From positions 118,792,001 through 118,856,000 of the forward strand of contig OZ024745.1 in assembly GCA_964016885.1 (NCBI GenBank): a DNA stretch of 64,000 nt, in the 5' to 3' direction. The notes under the pieces are model-generated. The model saw nothing but the letters and a program-made list of their open reading frames with translations. It did not search any database and was not told the DNA's origin. The translations under genes and the position numbers were made by a program. Source of the DNA: Eledone cirrhosa. Lineage: Eukaryota. This document shows, one piece after another, positions 47,441-60,850 of this stretch (the stretch's first letter is position 1; each line of letters opens with the position of its first letter).

Positions 47441-47907
47441 CCATCCATCCATCCATCCATCCATCCATCCATCCATCCATACATCCATCCATACATACAT
47501 ACATACATACATACATACATACATACATACATACATACATACATACATACATACATACATGAAAGAATGAATGATGGCTGCTACTTGATTTCGAGTAATG
47601 CCACCGTTTGATACCGCATGAACATCACGGACGTGGCTTTTAATCCTGGCTTTGGCCAGCCATGTCATGCATCGCACAAAATGTCACATATCAAGCGATG
47701 TCTGTGCTTGATGGGTTTTTAAGTGAGGAAAGGCTTTGCAAGGGGTCAATCCCACTCTCTGAACATCGAATGCATTTACCCGAAAAGTAGAACTGACCTA
47801 CATTATTGGATGCAAACAAAGTCCCAGGTTTTATGTCAGAGTGACCTTACCCCGTTTTTTATGGAGCGAGAGACTCCTAGTCTTCATTAAGACCTACATA
47901 CATGTAC

Positions 47908-47966
<59 letters not shown>

Positions 47967-48039
47967 ACTCAGGATAGATTCAGTTTGAAACTGGTTAGAC
48001 CATTACTCATCACAGTACTCTATACTTGGGCGAGTAGAG

Positions 48040-48175
48040 TATGGTTATATTATAAAGAGTTGGGACTCCGACATCCGAGTTCTTGCCGTTTCAACAGCTA
48101 GTTCCAGAATCAGTCAGGAACTAGTTCTTGAAACAGCAAGAGCTCAGACGTCGGAGTCCCAACTCTTTATAATAT
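48040..48175. repeat. Inverted repeat of the half-hammerhead family
   Basis: TATATTATAAAGAGTTGGGACTCCGAC..GTTTCAA / TTGAAAC..GTCGGAGTCCCAACTCTTTATAATATA. Confidence 0.85.
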
Positions 48176-48182
48176 ACATATG

Positions 48183-48214
<32 letters not shown>

Positions 48215-48516
48215 GGGAAAGTAATCACATTACCGTGTATTAAAACAGGTGAGGTAATTACATAAGTACATATTAACTCACACATGCAATTTAAAAGAAA
48301 TTACTGAATCACTTAACCGAAACAAAACAAAAAAAAACCTGTCCCTTTATTAGTGACTGGCGTTATTTCTCTAGTGAACTTACTCTCGGGACTCGAATAA
48401 TCCAAACCCCGTCCCGCTATAATTTCAACCCACATCTCCACTTATCAAATTTTGTTAATCTATCTCCGGCGAAATTTTATTATAAGTGGAAGCATTCCTG
48501 TAACAATTTTCTTTAT

Positions 48517-48599
48517 ATTGGGTTGTCAAGTATGAAATTTGTAGAAATTTGTTGAATAAAAAAGAAATTTCTACAAATTCCATACTTGACGACCCAATA
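48517..48599. repeat. Inverted repeat with ~34-bp arms
   Basis: TATTGGGTTGTCAAGTATGAAATTTGTAGAAATTT / AAATTTCTACAAATTCCATACTTGACGACCCAATA. Confidence 0.85.
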
Positions 48600-48784
48600 C
48601 ATAAAACACATTATACGTTATATAAAAATATATTATCGAGAGCAAATAAAACTCAAAGAAAACAACAAATGTATGAAATAAAAACAATTTGCTTGATACA
48701 ATATATCGACATTTTAGTTCTTACGCGCTGCAAATATTCAGTGTCGGGATTATAAACACACAAAGGAAATCTGTACATAGTTAT

Positions 48785-49190
48785 AAAAACTGGAGCCAAC
48801 AGGCCTTGGCCGCAGAGAGGGCAAGCGTCCCGATGGAATCACCCTCTTCTCATCCGAAGGAGGGAGATCCCTCATCTGGGACGTCACCTGTTGTGACACG
48901 TTCTCCTCCTCCAACTTAGTCGCTTCGACCACCAAACCCCGGTACTGCGGCCCGCCTCGCAGAGGAACGGGAAATTAAAAAAATACCGGGGACTGTCCAG
49001 CCGCTGCCTCTTTGCACCTGTCATCGTTGAGACCTCAGATTTACTTGGACCCCGTACAATTCAGACGTCAGTGGCCCGTCTGAGGAAGGAGCCTCGGGAG
49101 GTGGGATGGTTGTTGCAGCGGGTGTCGCTGGCCATTGTCCGCGGGTGCAGCCCCTCTACCGCCGCGCCCTAATCCCAGAGCCCAATCATC
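48785..49190 (+). mobile_element. CRE-clade LINE restriction-like endonuclease fragment
   Basis: GKRPDGITLF..GRSLIWDVTCCDTFSSSNL..KKY..LFAPVIVETS..WLLQRVSLAIVRG is typical of the CRE-type endonuclease C-terminus. Confidence 0.75.
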
Positions 49191-49727
49191 CTCCACCATC
49201 CTCTCCCTATACTTCTGTGACACTAGAATCCTTGCCATTCCCTCCCTATTCCGTCTTTTTTTCCTTTTCTCTTTTTCCTTTATATTTTCCTATTTTACAT
49301 TCCATTCTTCTCAATCTAAATTTTCTATATTTTTCTCTTATGAAATGTCTTTCTTTACATGTTATAAAACTGGATTGTTATACAAAAGAACAAATGTCAT
49401 TACATTTATTTTAAACATTTTTTTGTACAATTTAATAAACAACAGTCAAGCTTCTGATCAAAAGAAACACGGCGGCAAATAGATTCAGAAAGATACATAC
49501 ATAAATAATATATATATATACACACAAAATGTATACATGCATGAATAAATGTATACATATAGACAGACACACATACATGCAATTAATTATACATACATAC
49601 AGATAGATAGAATACATGCAATCATACATACATACAAACATACATATATAAACGCATACAAACATACATACAAACATACATACATACATATATACATACA
49701 TACATACATACATATATACATACATAC

Positions 49728-50835
49728 AAGGAAGGTGGCCGGGGTCTAAAATCAATATTAACAACATATGAGACCCGGATAGTAACACTGAAGCAACACC
49801 TTCAACAGAGGAAAAAGGTTGGCAACCATCTTGCCCAGGTTTATGAGCATGAAAAAAAAAAATATCATTAGACTAGCGACTGATCTGGAGGAGAGATATG
49901 GAATTAAGCCTGATATAAATCTCTCACCCAGAGAAATCGGAAGATCCTATTCAATGTTCAAACAAGATAAAAAAAATTGACCAATTTACAGAAAAAGTTG
50001 TGCATGGATACTCGAGACGTAAAACACAGACCATAGAGGGGATAAACCACTCAAAAAGCCTGGCATGGAGTTCCGACAAGTTTATGACATCACACCTTGA
50101 GGGATATCTCTATGCAATACAGGAACAAGAACTCCCTACCAAATATCTGCTGAACAAAAGAGGAGGGCCAGCAGCTGACAATAAATGTAGGCTATGTAAA
50201 ACAAAGATCGAGGATGTAAGCCACATTGTTGCCAGCTGCGAAAGAATATCATCTCGCTACTACCTCCCCATGAGACACGATGGGATAGCTAGAACCATCT
50301 GGAACGCACTTCGGAAAACAAAATTAACAACAAACGAGGAAGAATATATTGAGACAGATGGCACTAAGGAATACTGGTGGAACCTGAAAATAAAAACTGC
50401 CACCAAATTAAAGCACAACTGGCCTGATATTGTAGTTTGGGACCACACATTGAAACCGTGTTCTGTTGTGGAGATCAGCTGCCCACTTGATGTAAACGTT
50501 GTCAGAAAAATACAGGAGTAGGAGGATATCTACAGACCATAGATGAGGAGTTTACAAATCCAGTATCCAAGATACACCTTTAGATTCAAACCCATCATTA
50601 TTGGGGCTACGGGTTATATACCAACCCGCTTGGACCAAAATATGACTGAACTTGGATTTGCGGACAAAGAGCGCAGCTCCCTAATTCATAGTCTACAAAT
50701 GGCTGCGATAGCTGGCACCTTCAAAATTTGCAAAACATTCTTGCGATTCAAGGGATGACAATTTCTTTTCTTTTACAAACTTGCTACCAGGAAGGTGGCC
50801 GGTCAAAAAAAAAATATACTCGAAATTAAAAGAAA
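49728..50835 (+). mobile_element. R4/Dong-clade LINE, 5'-truncated (RT thumb, CCHC finger, PD..E endonuclease)
   Basis: KEGGRGLKSI; AIQEQELPTKY..CRLCKTKIEDVSHIVASC..RHD..HNWPDIVVWD..VVEISCPLD..PIIIGATG; in-frame stops are present. Confidence 0.92.
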
Positions 50836-50864
50836 GAGATATATATACATTACATACATACATA

Positions 50865-51172
50865 ATATGAAAGAGTACTGGTGGAATGTTCCAGTAAAAA
50901 CTTCAATAAAATTAAAGTATAACAGACACGATATAATGATATGGGACAGGGAAAAAATGGCATGCACAGTCGTGGAAGTTAGCTGCCCAGCAGATGCCAA
51001 TATAATATCGAAGATTAGCGAAATAGAGAATATCTATGCAGAATTAATGAGGAATCTGCAGATACTCCACCCTGATTATACTTTCAGATTTATACCTGTG
51101 AATATTGGGGCTCTGTGATATATTGGTAATTGCTTCAGTACAAATGTTGAGAAACTGGGCTTCACAGAACCT
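50865..51172 (+). mobile_element. R4/Dong-like endonuclease fragment
   Basis: Near-copy of 46485-46780 with the same 5' start, CATAATATGAAAGAGTACTGG. Confidence 0.85.
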
Positions 51173-51199
51173 CTTACTCAACATAATACTCAATGATAA

Positions 51200-51392
51200 T
51201 AACTGTTTCTACTTTTTGGCACAAGGCCAGTAATTACCCAGTGCATTACTGGTACTTTAATTTATCGACCCCGTAAGGATAAAAGACAAAGTTAACCTCA
51301 GCGGGATTTGATCTCAGATCATAAAGGGCCGTAACTCTATGCTGAAAAGGATGGTGTCTGACCCTCTACCGATACTTCCAATCCACCGCCCT
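51200..51392 (-). mobile_element. Family A SINE
   Basis: Reverse complement of the consensus. Confidence 0.85.
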
Positions 51393-51428
51393 CAAAATAG
51401 GGCGGTAGATTGGCTTTTAGTTCATTAA

Positions 51429-51648
51429 CCCTCTAACATTTACATTACTCTATATATGCTACTGTATTTTCACGGTAAAGGTTTTATCTCACATAATATC
51501 TTACATAATATCGAATCTATGAGATGTTGATATTATTTATTTTGCGAACAATACCTTAACATCAGTATGAGTGACCAGTTACAACCGGTTTGAACAGGAA
51601 GAGGTGAGAGAATTTTGACCGGATATGGCCGGTTTAAATGTTAAAGGG
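51429..51648. mobile_element. piggyBac-like MITE
   Basis: TTAA-CCCTCTAACATTTA ... TAAATGTTAAAGGG-TTAA (13/14 TIR match, TTAA TSD). Confidence 0.8.
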
Positions 51649-52237
51649 TTAATAATTGTACAGCCCCACCGTCCGTTGTTCACGTGTACAACTAACTAAA
51701 CCACTAAAGAATTAGGTGTCTTTATGTCCGGTTTACTTGATTTAGTAATTGATTTCTTGCTCGTGTTTTCTCTCTGATATCTCAGAAACAACCGGAGTCT
51801 CAATACTAATCAATGGTCACTAGGCAAATAAATAAATATATAAATAAATATATAAGTACAATATATAAATAAAATAAAGATAAAGATAGAAATACAATAA
51901 AAATAAATATATAAATACAAAAAAAAATGATTATATTTCCTTTCATCAAATTTTGTTTTTTCAGCAAATTATTTATGTGTTAAGGCAGCTGCTCCGGTAT
52001 TATTTCAACATATCATATGATGGGAGAGTTACGGTTTAATGTGAGGCGGAGGGGGGAGAGGGAGATGGGGGTAGAGTGAAAGAGAGAAAGGGTGGGGAGA
52101 GAGAGATAGGAGTGAGAGAGAGACACAGACAGGCAGGGACAGAGAGAAAGAGAGAGAGAGGAGAGAGGCGAGAGAGAGTGTGAGAGAGAGACAGAGAAGA
52201 AAGAGAGAGAGACAGACAGAGAGACAGAGAGAGAGAG

Positions 52238-52274
<37 letters not shown>

Positions 52275-52773
52275 CAGACAGAGAGACATAGAGAGAAGGA
52301 AGAGAACTGAGAGAGAGAAAGAGACAGACAAAGAGACAGAGAGAGAAGGAAGAGAACTGAGAGAGAGAGAGACAGAGAGAGAGGGAAGAGAGAGAGAGAG
52401 AATATCAGTTTGTTGAAAACCTAAATGTAATATAAATATCGTAAGACAGGAATGCTCAGAGCAAGATCTCTTTTCCAGATATTGGTGGCTATAATAGATT
52501 TCTAAGATAACATTTTAATGCTCAATATATATTTAAAGGAAATATTATTTTGATTACACACGTTAAGGTTTCTTTATTAATATTGGACCAAATATTTCCT
52601 ATACTATTGAATGAAATGTAAATATTATTATTATTATTCGGGTGATTCAGGATTGGTGTGGTACCTGAGTTGCCCCTGGGTGGTTCTTCCCCTCATTGGG
52701 GAATTTTATTGCTAATTGTTTTTTGTCAATTTGTTGTTTTTTTTACTCGAGTTTATTGTAAACCCCCCCACTG

Positions 52774-52965
52774 CGGTGGATTGGCACCATCGGTAGAGGG
52801 TCAGGCACCATGCTTTGCAGCATAGAGTTACGGCCCTTTACGATCCGAGTTCAAATCCCGCCGAGGTCAACTTTGCCTTTCATCCTTACGGAGTCGATAA
52901 AATAAAGTACCAGTAATACACTGGAATAATTGCTGGCTTTGTGACAAAAGTAGAAACAATTATTA
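52774..52965 (+). mobile_element. Family A SINE
   Basis: Full consensus match. Confidence 0.85.
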
Positions 52966-52987
52966 TTATTAATAGTAGTAATACTGA

Positions 52988-53310
52988 AGGTGCGTAGCTT
53001 TGTTGTTAGGGAATTCGGCTCACAATCGTAAGGTCGTCAGTTCGATTCCAGGCGGCGCGCTGTGTCCTTGAGCAAGACACTTGATTTAACGCTGCTCCAG
53101 TTCACTCAGCTAACAAAAATGAGTTCTACCTGTAATTCGAATGGTCAGCCTAGTCACGTTCTGTGTCACGCTGAATCTCCCTGAGAACTACGTTAAGGGT
53201 ACACGTGTTTATGGAATTCTCAGCCACTTACACATTAATTTCACGAGCAAGCTGTTCCGTTGATCGGATCAACTGGAACACTCATCGTCGTAACCGATGG
53301 AGTGCCTTCC
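52988..53310 (+). mobile_element. Family B CORE-type SINE, near full length
   Basis: tRNA-like head (GTTCGATTCC), TGTGTCCTTGAGCAAGACACTT..CAGTTCACTCAGCT CORE-like block, and 3' tail. Confidence 0.85.
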
Positions 53311-53649
53311 TTTCAGTAGTCGTAGAGATTGTTGTTGTGTAGGTGTTGGTGGTGTTGGTGCTGGTGGTACTTATATCTCATATTATTCCCTGACCGAGCA
53401 TCTTCTTCCCCGTAACTCCCGATTAAGTGGTAGGGACGCTGTAGTGGTGTACAGCGTTTCTTGGACATTTTAAAACTGGCGGAGCCCATCACTTCTCCAG
53501 GCCTGAACACAGCAGATTTCTTCCAGAGAAGGATAGAGAGAGTGAGAGAAAGAAAGTGAGAAAGAGATAGAGAGAGTGAGAGAATGGAAGTAAGAGAGAG
53601 ATAGAGAGAGTGAGAGAAAGAAAGTGAGAAAGAGATAGTGGAAAAATCG

Positions 53650-53805
53650 ACATCAGTACTAGACTGGTACTTTTTTTTATCGACCTCGAATGAATAAAAG
53701 GTAAAGTTGACCTCAGCGGGATTTGAACTCAGGGAACAGTGAGCCGGAAGGAATACTATAAAGCCTTTTATCCGACGTTCTAACGACTCTGCCAATTCAC
53801 CGCCT
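53650..53805 (-). mobile_element. Family A-related SINE
   Basis: CTGGTACT..TATCGACC..AAAGTTGACCTCAGCGGGATTTGAACTC..CTGCCAATTCACCGCC. Confidence 0.75.
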
Positions 53806-53988
53806 CGATCGAGTATAACTGGGATAAAAACGGTTCAATCATGCCTACCCTGTCTGTTTTTCAGACATACGTGTATAGTGCATCTCAAATTACATTCTCT
53901 AATGTATCCTTCCTTTTTAAAGATGGTAGTTTGTGATTTGAGACAGATTTAGCTGGTATAACTGAATAAACGGCCATGTAAGGGTACC

Positions 53989-54194
53989 TGTTGTGGGAAA
54001 AATAACCCTGAACACCCCCGCATAACTAAAGGTGGACTAGGCGAAACTCTATAAATAAGAACTGAAGTGAACTGTCATGGCAACTGTGTGTATGGAGTCT
54101 CGTTGGTAGTTCGGAAATTCGCCTAGTGAATACCTTGGGTGTTACCCTCGTTTCGTACAGGTATATAAAACAGGTATGTCACGCCATTATAACA
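53989..54194 (+). mobile_element. Solo LTR (206 bp)
   Basis: TGTT...AACA termini, perfect 5-bp TSD GTACC, internal TATAAATA. Confidence 0.85.
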
Positions 54195-54429
54195 GTACCT
54201 TTCTTAGTTTTTTTTCTAAAACGAACGATCGTCGAATGTAATTCTAATTATTAGAACCATTACGGTCTGATATCTCCATAAAACAAGCTTTTGTCTTTGT
54301 AAAAGAAAAAGAATCTTGTCAACCAATATGTCACGAAGTGAATGTGTCAAAGATTTCCTTCGAAAAAGACTATTCTATTTAAGGCTAATTCAACCTTGAC
54401 AGAATTTGAACTGAGTATACAATGGCATA

Positions 54430-55000
54430 TTCTCTGTATATGTCCTACCTTTTTTCTGCACCTGATCACGTGTCATCTGTATTAATGAGATTTATTGAGT
54501 GTGTGTTTCCTGCATTCAAGAGAGAAGAAAATCAATGTCTCTCACAGTTTTATTGTAGATGACCTGAAAATATACGCCAGTAACATCAATAGAGCCAAGA
54601 ATCAATTTGACCCAATAATATTATATACTCGAGCCATTGGAGTGGAATTATGCCAGAACAAATACTTGTATTGTATAATAAATCAAAAGAGACCTAAAAC
54701 CAACCAGAAAAAAATGTACTTTCGACAGCGAAAGCTATAAATACCATCGTTTAGATGGAAATATATCTTATAAGAGTATTGGGAATGGGACTAGATGGTC
54801 TATTAATACTACACCAGACTCAGAAATACGGTATTTCCATGCAACAAAAATCCTTGTCTTACAATGCATTAGCAGTATGTGTATTGATGTTAACATTTGG
54901 GAATACGTGACTAGACTTTGAAGTAAATGTGTTCCTTGATAGGAAAAACAACAACAACAAAAACTAAAGACGAAACAATGAAAATTTACTTACAAATTAG
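54430..55000 (+). mobile_element. Decayed R4-like reverse transcriptase fragment
   Basis: INVSHSFIVDDLKIYASN matches the HL.F.DDLKLY RT catalytic motif. Confidence 0.65.
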
Positions 55001-56149
55001 CAGCAATGTTTGTCAACACTGGCACGAACAAATTAGCAATTTTAAAGAAGAAAACGTTATGAGAAACCTAATTAGTCGCTAGTCTTTTGATCACGTTCTG
55101 AGTTTTTAAAATACACTGGAGTTGACTTTTCCTTGATTGTTTCAGGATGGATGAAATAAGTACCAGTTATATAATGAGACAAATTCAATTGTATACTCTT
55201 CGTTGCAATTTTGTAAGAGCTTATAATTTACATTATTAGATCTCTTTGGGGGAGAATTCGCTTGCCCACATTGACAGAATATAAAGAACTTTCGACTGAA
55301 CGGTTTGGTTAGTTTTAATCGATCTAAGTACTTGTCAGGTATTTACTTTAAAGATTCTGGCACAAAGAAAATCCAAGTCAACATCAGCAGGATTCGAACT
55401 CGCAAAATAATAATTTAAGGTATTTTGTTATGTGTTTCAACCCCATCAGTCAAATAGCAATAGTAACAAAAATGACTTTTAACAATGGTGTGAAGAAGAA
55501 TATTGCCGTTTTAATCGGTCCTTATGCTTAATGATACATAGGTTTATCGATCTTGGAAGAATGAAAGGAAAAGTTGACCTTGGTGGAATTTGAACTGAGA
55601 ACACAATAGCATAACATATGCACACTATCGTTGTTATCTTTAATGTGTGTGTGTGAGAGAGAGAGAGGGTGTAATAGAGAGAGTAAGTGATGAGAAGGAG
55701 GGAGAAAGAGTAAGTCGGGGGGAGAGGAAGGAGAGAGAGTGGGAAAGAGAGAGAAAGGAGAGAGCGAGGAAGTGAGAGGGTAATAGAGAGAGAGAGAGAG
55801 AGGGTGATATGAGAAAAAGGGAGAAAGATTGGGTTGGAGAGAGGGGACAGAGAGAAATGGAAATAGAGAGAGAGAGAGTGGGAGGAGGAGAGATGGAGGG
55901 AGAGATAGGAAGGGAGACGGAGGGAGGGAAAGAAAGAGAGAGGGATTGGATGAGATAAAAGAGACAAACAAAAAAAGGAAGCGTAGTAGAGAAATAGTAA
56001 AAGACTTAAACAATTGATATAAACCTTTTGTTATTCTAAAGAGAACTCATTAAAATAATATTATCCAGACACTGTTTTCTCTGTGGGGAATAACTGAGGA
56101 AGAGACATAACAGTCATCTGATGGTCATGGACACAAGTTAACTTTAATG

Positions 56150-57160
56150 ATACGCTGGAAAACTGACAGTATCGGTAGAGCGTCGGACAACAGGCTTTGT
56201 GGTATATAGTTACGGCCCTTTACGTTCTGTGTTCAAATCCCACCAAGGTTAGCTTTGTTTTTCTTCCTTACAGGGTCAATAAAATAAAGTACCAGTAACA
56301 CTCTGGGTCGATTTAATCGACTTTCCCCTCCCCACAAAATCGTTGACTTTGTACCAAAAGTAGAAGTAGAATAATTGTTTCTACTTTTAGCACAAGGCCA
56401 GCAATTATCCCAGTACATTACCGGTACTTTATTTGATCGACGCCGTAAGGATGAAAGGCAAAGTTTACCTCGTCGGGATTTGAACTCAGACCATAAAGGG
56501 GCATAACTCTATGCTGAAACGCATGGTGTCCGACCCTCTACCGATACTGCCAAAATATGGTGGAGTATTGGCAGCATCGGTAGAACGTTGGACACCATGC
56601 TTTGCGGCATAGAGTTACGGTCCTTTACGTTCTGTGTTCAAACTACACCGAAGTTAGCTTTGCCTTTCACCCTTACAGGGTCGATAAGATAAAGTACCAG
56701 AAACGCAATGGGGTCGATTTAATCGAATTTCCTCTCTCCCCAAATTGCTGCCTAAATCATTGGCAGAATCAGTAGAGCGTCGGACAAAATGATGAGACAT
56801 GTAGATGCGATTCTTTAGGTTATGAGTTCAAATCCTGTCGAGGTCAACTTTGACTCTCATGCTTTAGGGGTCGATAAAATTAAGCATCAATTACGAACTG
56901 GTTAAACTGACTTTGCACACCTGATTCCTGGTGCCTAAATCAGAAACCATTATTACAGGGAACACTTGTGCAGATACCCAGATTAGATCATAGAAGGGAA
57001 TACAAATATGAATGGCTCTTGGGCATCGAATCTGCATCTATTATTTTTGACATCCCGCCGAGGTTAACTTTGCCTTTCATCCTTACGGGGTCGATAAAAT
57101 AAAGTACCAGTAATGTACTGGGTAATTTCTGGCCTTGTGCCAAAAGTAGAAACAATTATT
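56150..57160. mobile_element. Cluster of five family A SINEs in mixed orientation (+,-,+,+,+)
   Basis: Copies at about 56150-56370, 56372-56552 (minus), 56565-56750, 56760-56955 and 57053-57160. Confidence 0.85.
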
Positions 57161-57251
57161 TTTGACATGTAAATACGGTCTAGTAACCAAATAACGTTAC
57201 ATTAACTCTGTCACAACCTTGCTGTGGTTGTAACACACACACACAACCTTG

Positions 57252-57290
<39 letters not shown>

Positions 57291-57389
57291 GGAGAGAGAC
57301 AGACACACACGCAGTCTGACAGACTGACAGACAGACACACAGTCTGACACATACACCATTTTGACTGAGGAGAAAGTGAGTTCTGAGTT

Positions 57390-57983
57390 TATATTTAAAC
57401 TAGTTCTATTACTAAATTACTAAATATTTAAACTAGTTCTATTACTAAATATTTAAACTGTAGTTCTATTACTAAATATTTAAACTAGTTCTATTACTAA
57501 ATATTTAAACTAGTTCTATTACTAAACATTTAAACTGTAGTTCTATTACTAAATATTTAAACTGTAGTTCTACTATTACTAAATATTTAAACTGTAGTTC
57601 TATTACTAAATATTTAAACTGTAGTTCCATTACTAAATATTTAAACTAGTTCTATTACTAAACATTTAAACTGTAGTTCTATTACTAAATATTTAAACTA
57701 GTTCTATTACTAAATACTTAAACTGTAGTTCTATTACTAAATATTTAAACTGTAGTTCTATTACTAAATATTTAAACTAGTTCTATTACTAAATACTTAA
57801 ACTGTAGTTCTATCACTAAATATTTAAACTAGTTCTATTACTAAATATTTAAACTGTAGTTCTATTACTAAATATTTAAACTGTAGTTCCATTACTAAAT
57901 ATTTAAACTGTAGTTCTATTACTAAATATTTAAACTGTAGTTCCATTACTAAATATTTAAACTGTAGTTCTATTGCTAAATAT
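57390..57983. repeat. 25/27-bp AT-rich minisatellite, about 22 copies
   Basis: TATTTAAACT(GT)AGTTCTATTACTAAA. Confidence 0.95.
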
Positions 57984-59559
57984 CACACCAGTAATCTATT
58001 GACAGCTGAAGATTGGAGCCTTTTTACGTTTGCCAACTTTGATGAGACTCACGAGTACATTCTCCTGTATAGGTAGTCGAAGTCATAGGTGTTCCGATCT
58101 CACCTAGGTGCTGGCTGCATATCACTGCGTGGGCGTCAAGCCCTTATTTCTGTGTGTTTTATGTAACAAAATGTTCACCTGTTTCAATATGTTTCATTAC
58201 CGTTTGTGTTTTTGTCCCAACTTCTCTGGGGACCTCATAGCTATATCATCCACAGTATCATTATTATTTTTAAGAGGGTAAAATGCGGTCTGGAAGGGAG
58301 GTGGGGCAACCTTCTCAAGAATCAAGGCTGACTTCACAAAGGCTTCTCATATTGGCTTGTGCCTTATAGTTTTATTATTGACCCAGGAAGTATAAAAATC
58401 AAATCCTACGCCAGCGTGATGTGAATGTAGAAGGATGAAATCAAATATAACAGTGTACTCGTTTCAAAATCCTATAACACTTGCCTCTTCCACCCCCGCC
58501 CCAAGAATATTGTGAGGCTGCACACCAAATATTTTAACATCAATTAAGGACGACACTTCATCAACGATCAAAGATTTGATGAAAATGTTCAAAGGAAAAC
58601 CACCAAACTGATTACAAGTATGTTATTTAGAGCTAGAATCAAAGCGCTTGGTTTACCCTGAGTGTTCGGCACTAGAACGTGGAGGTGATGTGATACACGC
58701 ACACTCTTGAGATAATAACAGGGACAAACAACCTGAAGAAAGGCGATATCTTGATGTTTCATCAGTCATCAGAGACCACTAATATCAATTAAAAAAGCGA
58801 TGCAACACACTAACAAGACGACAAACCTGAAACAGGATCAATATAAACTAGAATCGATTAGCAGGTGCAGTTGTCAACTTAAAGACAATCCAAAGGGTGG
58901 AATTTGATGAATATTAAAAGAACATAAAATTTAACACCTTTTTAATATGCCGAAACAAAACAGAACAAATAGGTTTGTCAATCAAAAGTAAAAACACCCT
59001 CTAAAGTAACAATGACAACGAGTTTGTAGATTGGCGCTCAGCCACATATTTATATAGGTTGGCATAGAGGATATATTGAGTTGACACATCAATATATAAC
59101 TGGTACTTATTCCATAAATCTAGGAGGAATGAAGAGCAAAATAAACCCAGACATGACTCGAAATCAGAATACAAAGAAACGTAACTAAAGATTACAATAT
59201 TTGGACAAGAGTTTAGTTGATTATATCGATTCCTAGTATTTGTCATGATATATATGATATCGATCCCGATGGTTGAAAAACAAAGTTCTGCTCTAACGAA
59301 ATTTGAAGTGAAATAAAGTAAAATATATAAATACCGGAATGCATTTCGTTCAGGGCTTTACTGTGAATGCAACACCCTGCTCTTAAACATAATAATAATG
59401 GTTTCTGATTTAGGCACAAGGCCAACAATTTTCGGAGAGTGGAAAGTCAACTAAATCGACTCCAGTGGGTTACTGGTATTTTATTTTATTCACCCCGTTG
59501 TGATTTGAATTCAGTTATTCTGATACTGCCAAAATGATAATGATTGTGCTAAGATTGAA

Positions 59560-60392
59560 GAAGATTACTTATTGAAATACTTGTCTGAAAACAATGAAAG
59601 ATTGTTGGTAAAAGTAAGAGAGAAAGTGACCCTTAAAGTTAGCGACAGGGGAAGAAACTACACATGGGATACAAGAGGAACATATGAAAGAAGTGCTCAA
59701 CAAAGAACTACAGTTTCACACCGTGACAGTTGTAGTAGCAGGGTAACAAAGATGGGGTTGGTTAAAACAAGGCGTACTGAAAAAATAAAATACAATTTTT
59801 GCAGCCCAGGCTGAGGCACTGACCACTAAGTGGCATGTTCACTAAAGAAACGAACAAGGATCACCTTTGAGCAGAGTGTGCAATGACTGCAACGAAACAT
59901 CACATATTGTTTGTGAATGTTTTAAACTTACACAAAATCAATTCAAGCAATGATAGCATTATGAGGATACAGAGTTAATACATTGGAAGTTGTGTGAGAA
60001 ATGGGATTTGAAAGAGGAAAGGCCTGATATGATAATACGTGAATCAGAAATGTGTAGAATATTTGCGATTTTCCAATATAGACGGACCAAAATTTAGAGC
60101 TCAATAAACGAGACATAACAATGGTTGACATGATATGCTTATTAACTGATGAGGCTTGCTCAGTTGATTCTAGGGTAACAAAGAGAGAAGCAGGAAAGGA
60201 AGAAACATAAAACCCTTTGAAATATGAAATTGTAGGGATATGGGATATGGAACGGGTCAAGATTGGGAACAGTGGCAAAAGATATCGAAAAAACATCAAA
60301 ATAAAATTATCATTACACGTCCAGTTGAACTATTGCAGAAAGGAGGGTTTCTTGGAACACCCACGATAATCCTGAAAGTACCTGATAGCTGA
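59560..60392 (+). mobile_element. Decayed R4-like LINE 3' region
   Basis: HWKLCEK..TDQNLELNKRDITMV..EACSVDSRV..LKYEI..LLQKG.FLGTP remnants. Confidence 0.6.
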
Positions 60393-60664
60393 ATGGTATA
60401 TGTACTGCATGGTACCGTAGACTGCAGCCAGCAAGCCTGCTACTCACGCTAAAATCAGGATTTCCATCTAAGCTTGAGCAAAACGAAAATAATAATGATA
60501 ATCATAATATAATAAATGGAGGAGTGTAGGATTGTGTCCTGAATATATTTTTGTATCCCGTTAGTAAAATAAGTTGGATTACTCTGAATAAATAATGAAT
60601 GAATATTACATAATTTATGTACTAAATTTCGTAGCTGGTGATTAAACATAAATATTCTTATATA

Positions 60665-60850
60665 TAATTGTTTCTACATTTGGCACAAGGTCAGCAATTA
60701 CCCAGTACATTACTAGTACTTTATTTTATCGACCCCGTAAGGATGAAAGGCAAAGTTGACTTCGGCAGGAATTGAACTCAGACTGTAAAGGGCCGTAACT
60801 CTATGCTGCAAAGCATGGCGCCCAAACTACCGTTACTGCCAATCCACCGT
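60665..60850 (-). mobile_element. Family A SINE (others at 61015-61150 minus and 61575-61717 plus)
   Basis: Consensus match. Confidence 0.85.

Noticed and set aside
52988-53060. tRNA genes at SINE heads (also 62413-62480)
   Set aside because: A and B boxes are present, but there is no complete cloverleaf and they continue into SINE bodies.
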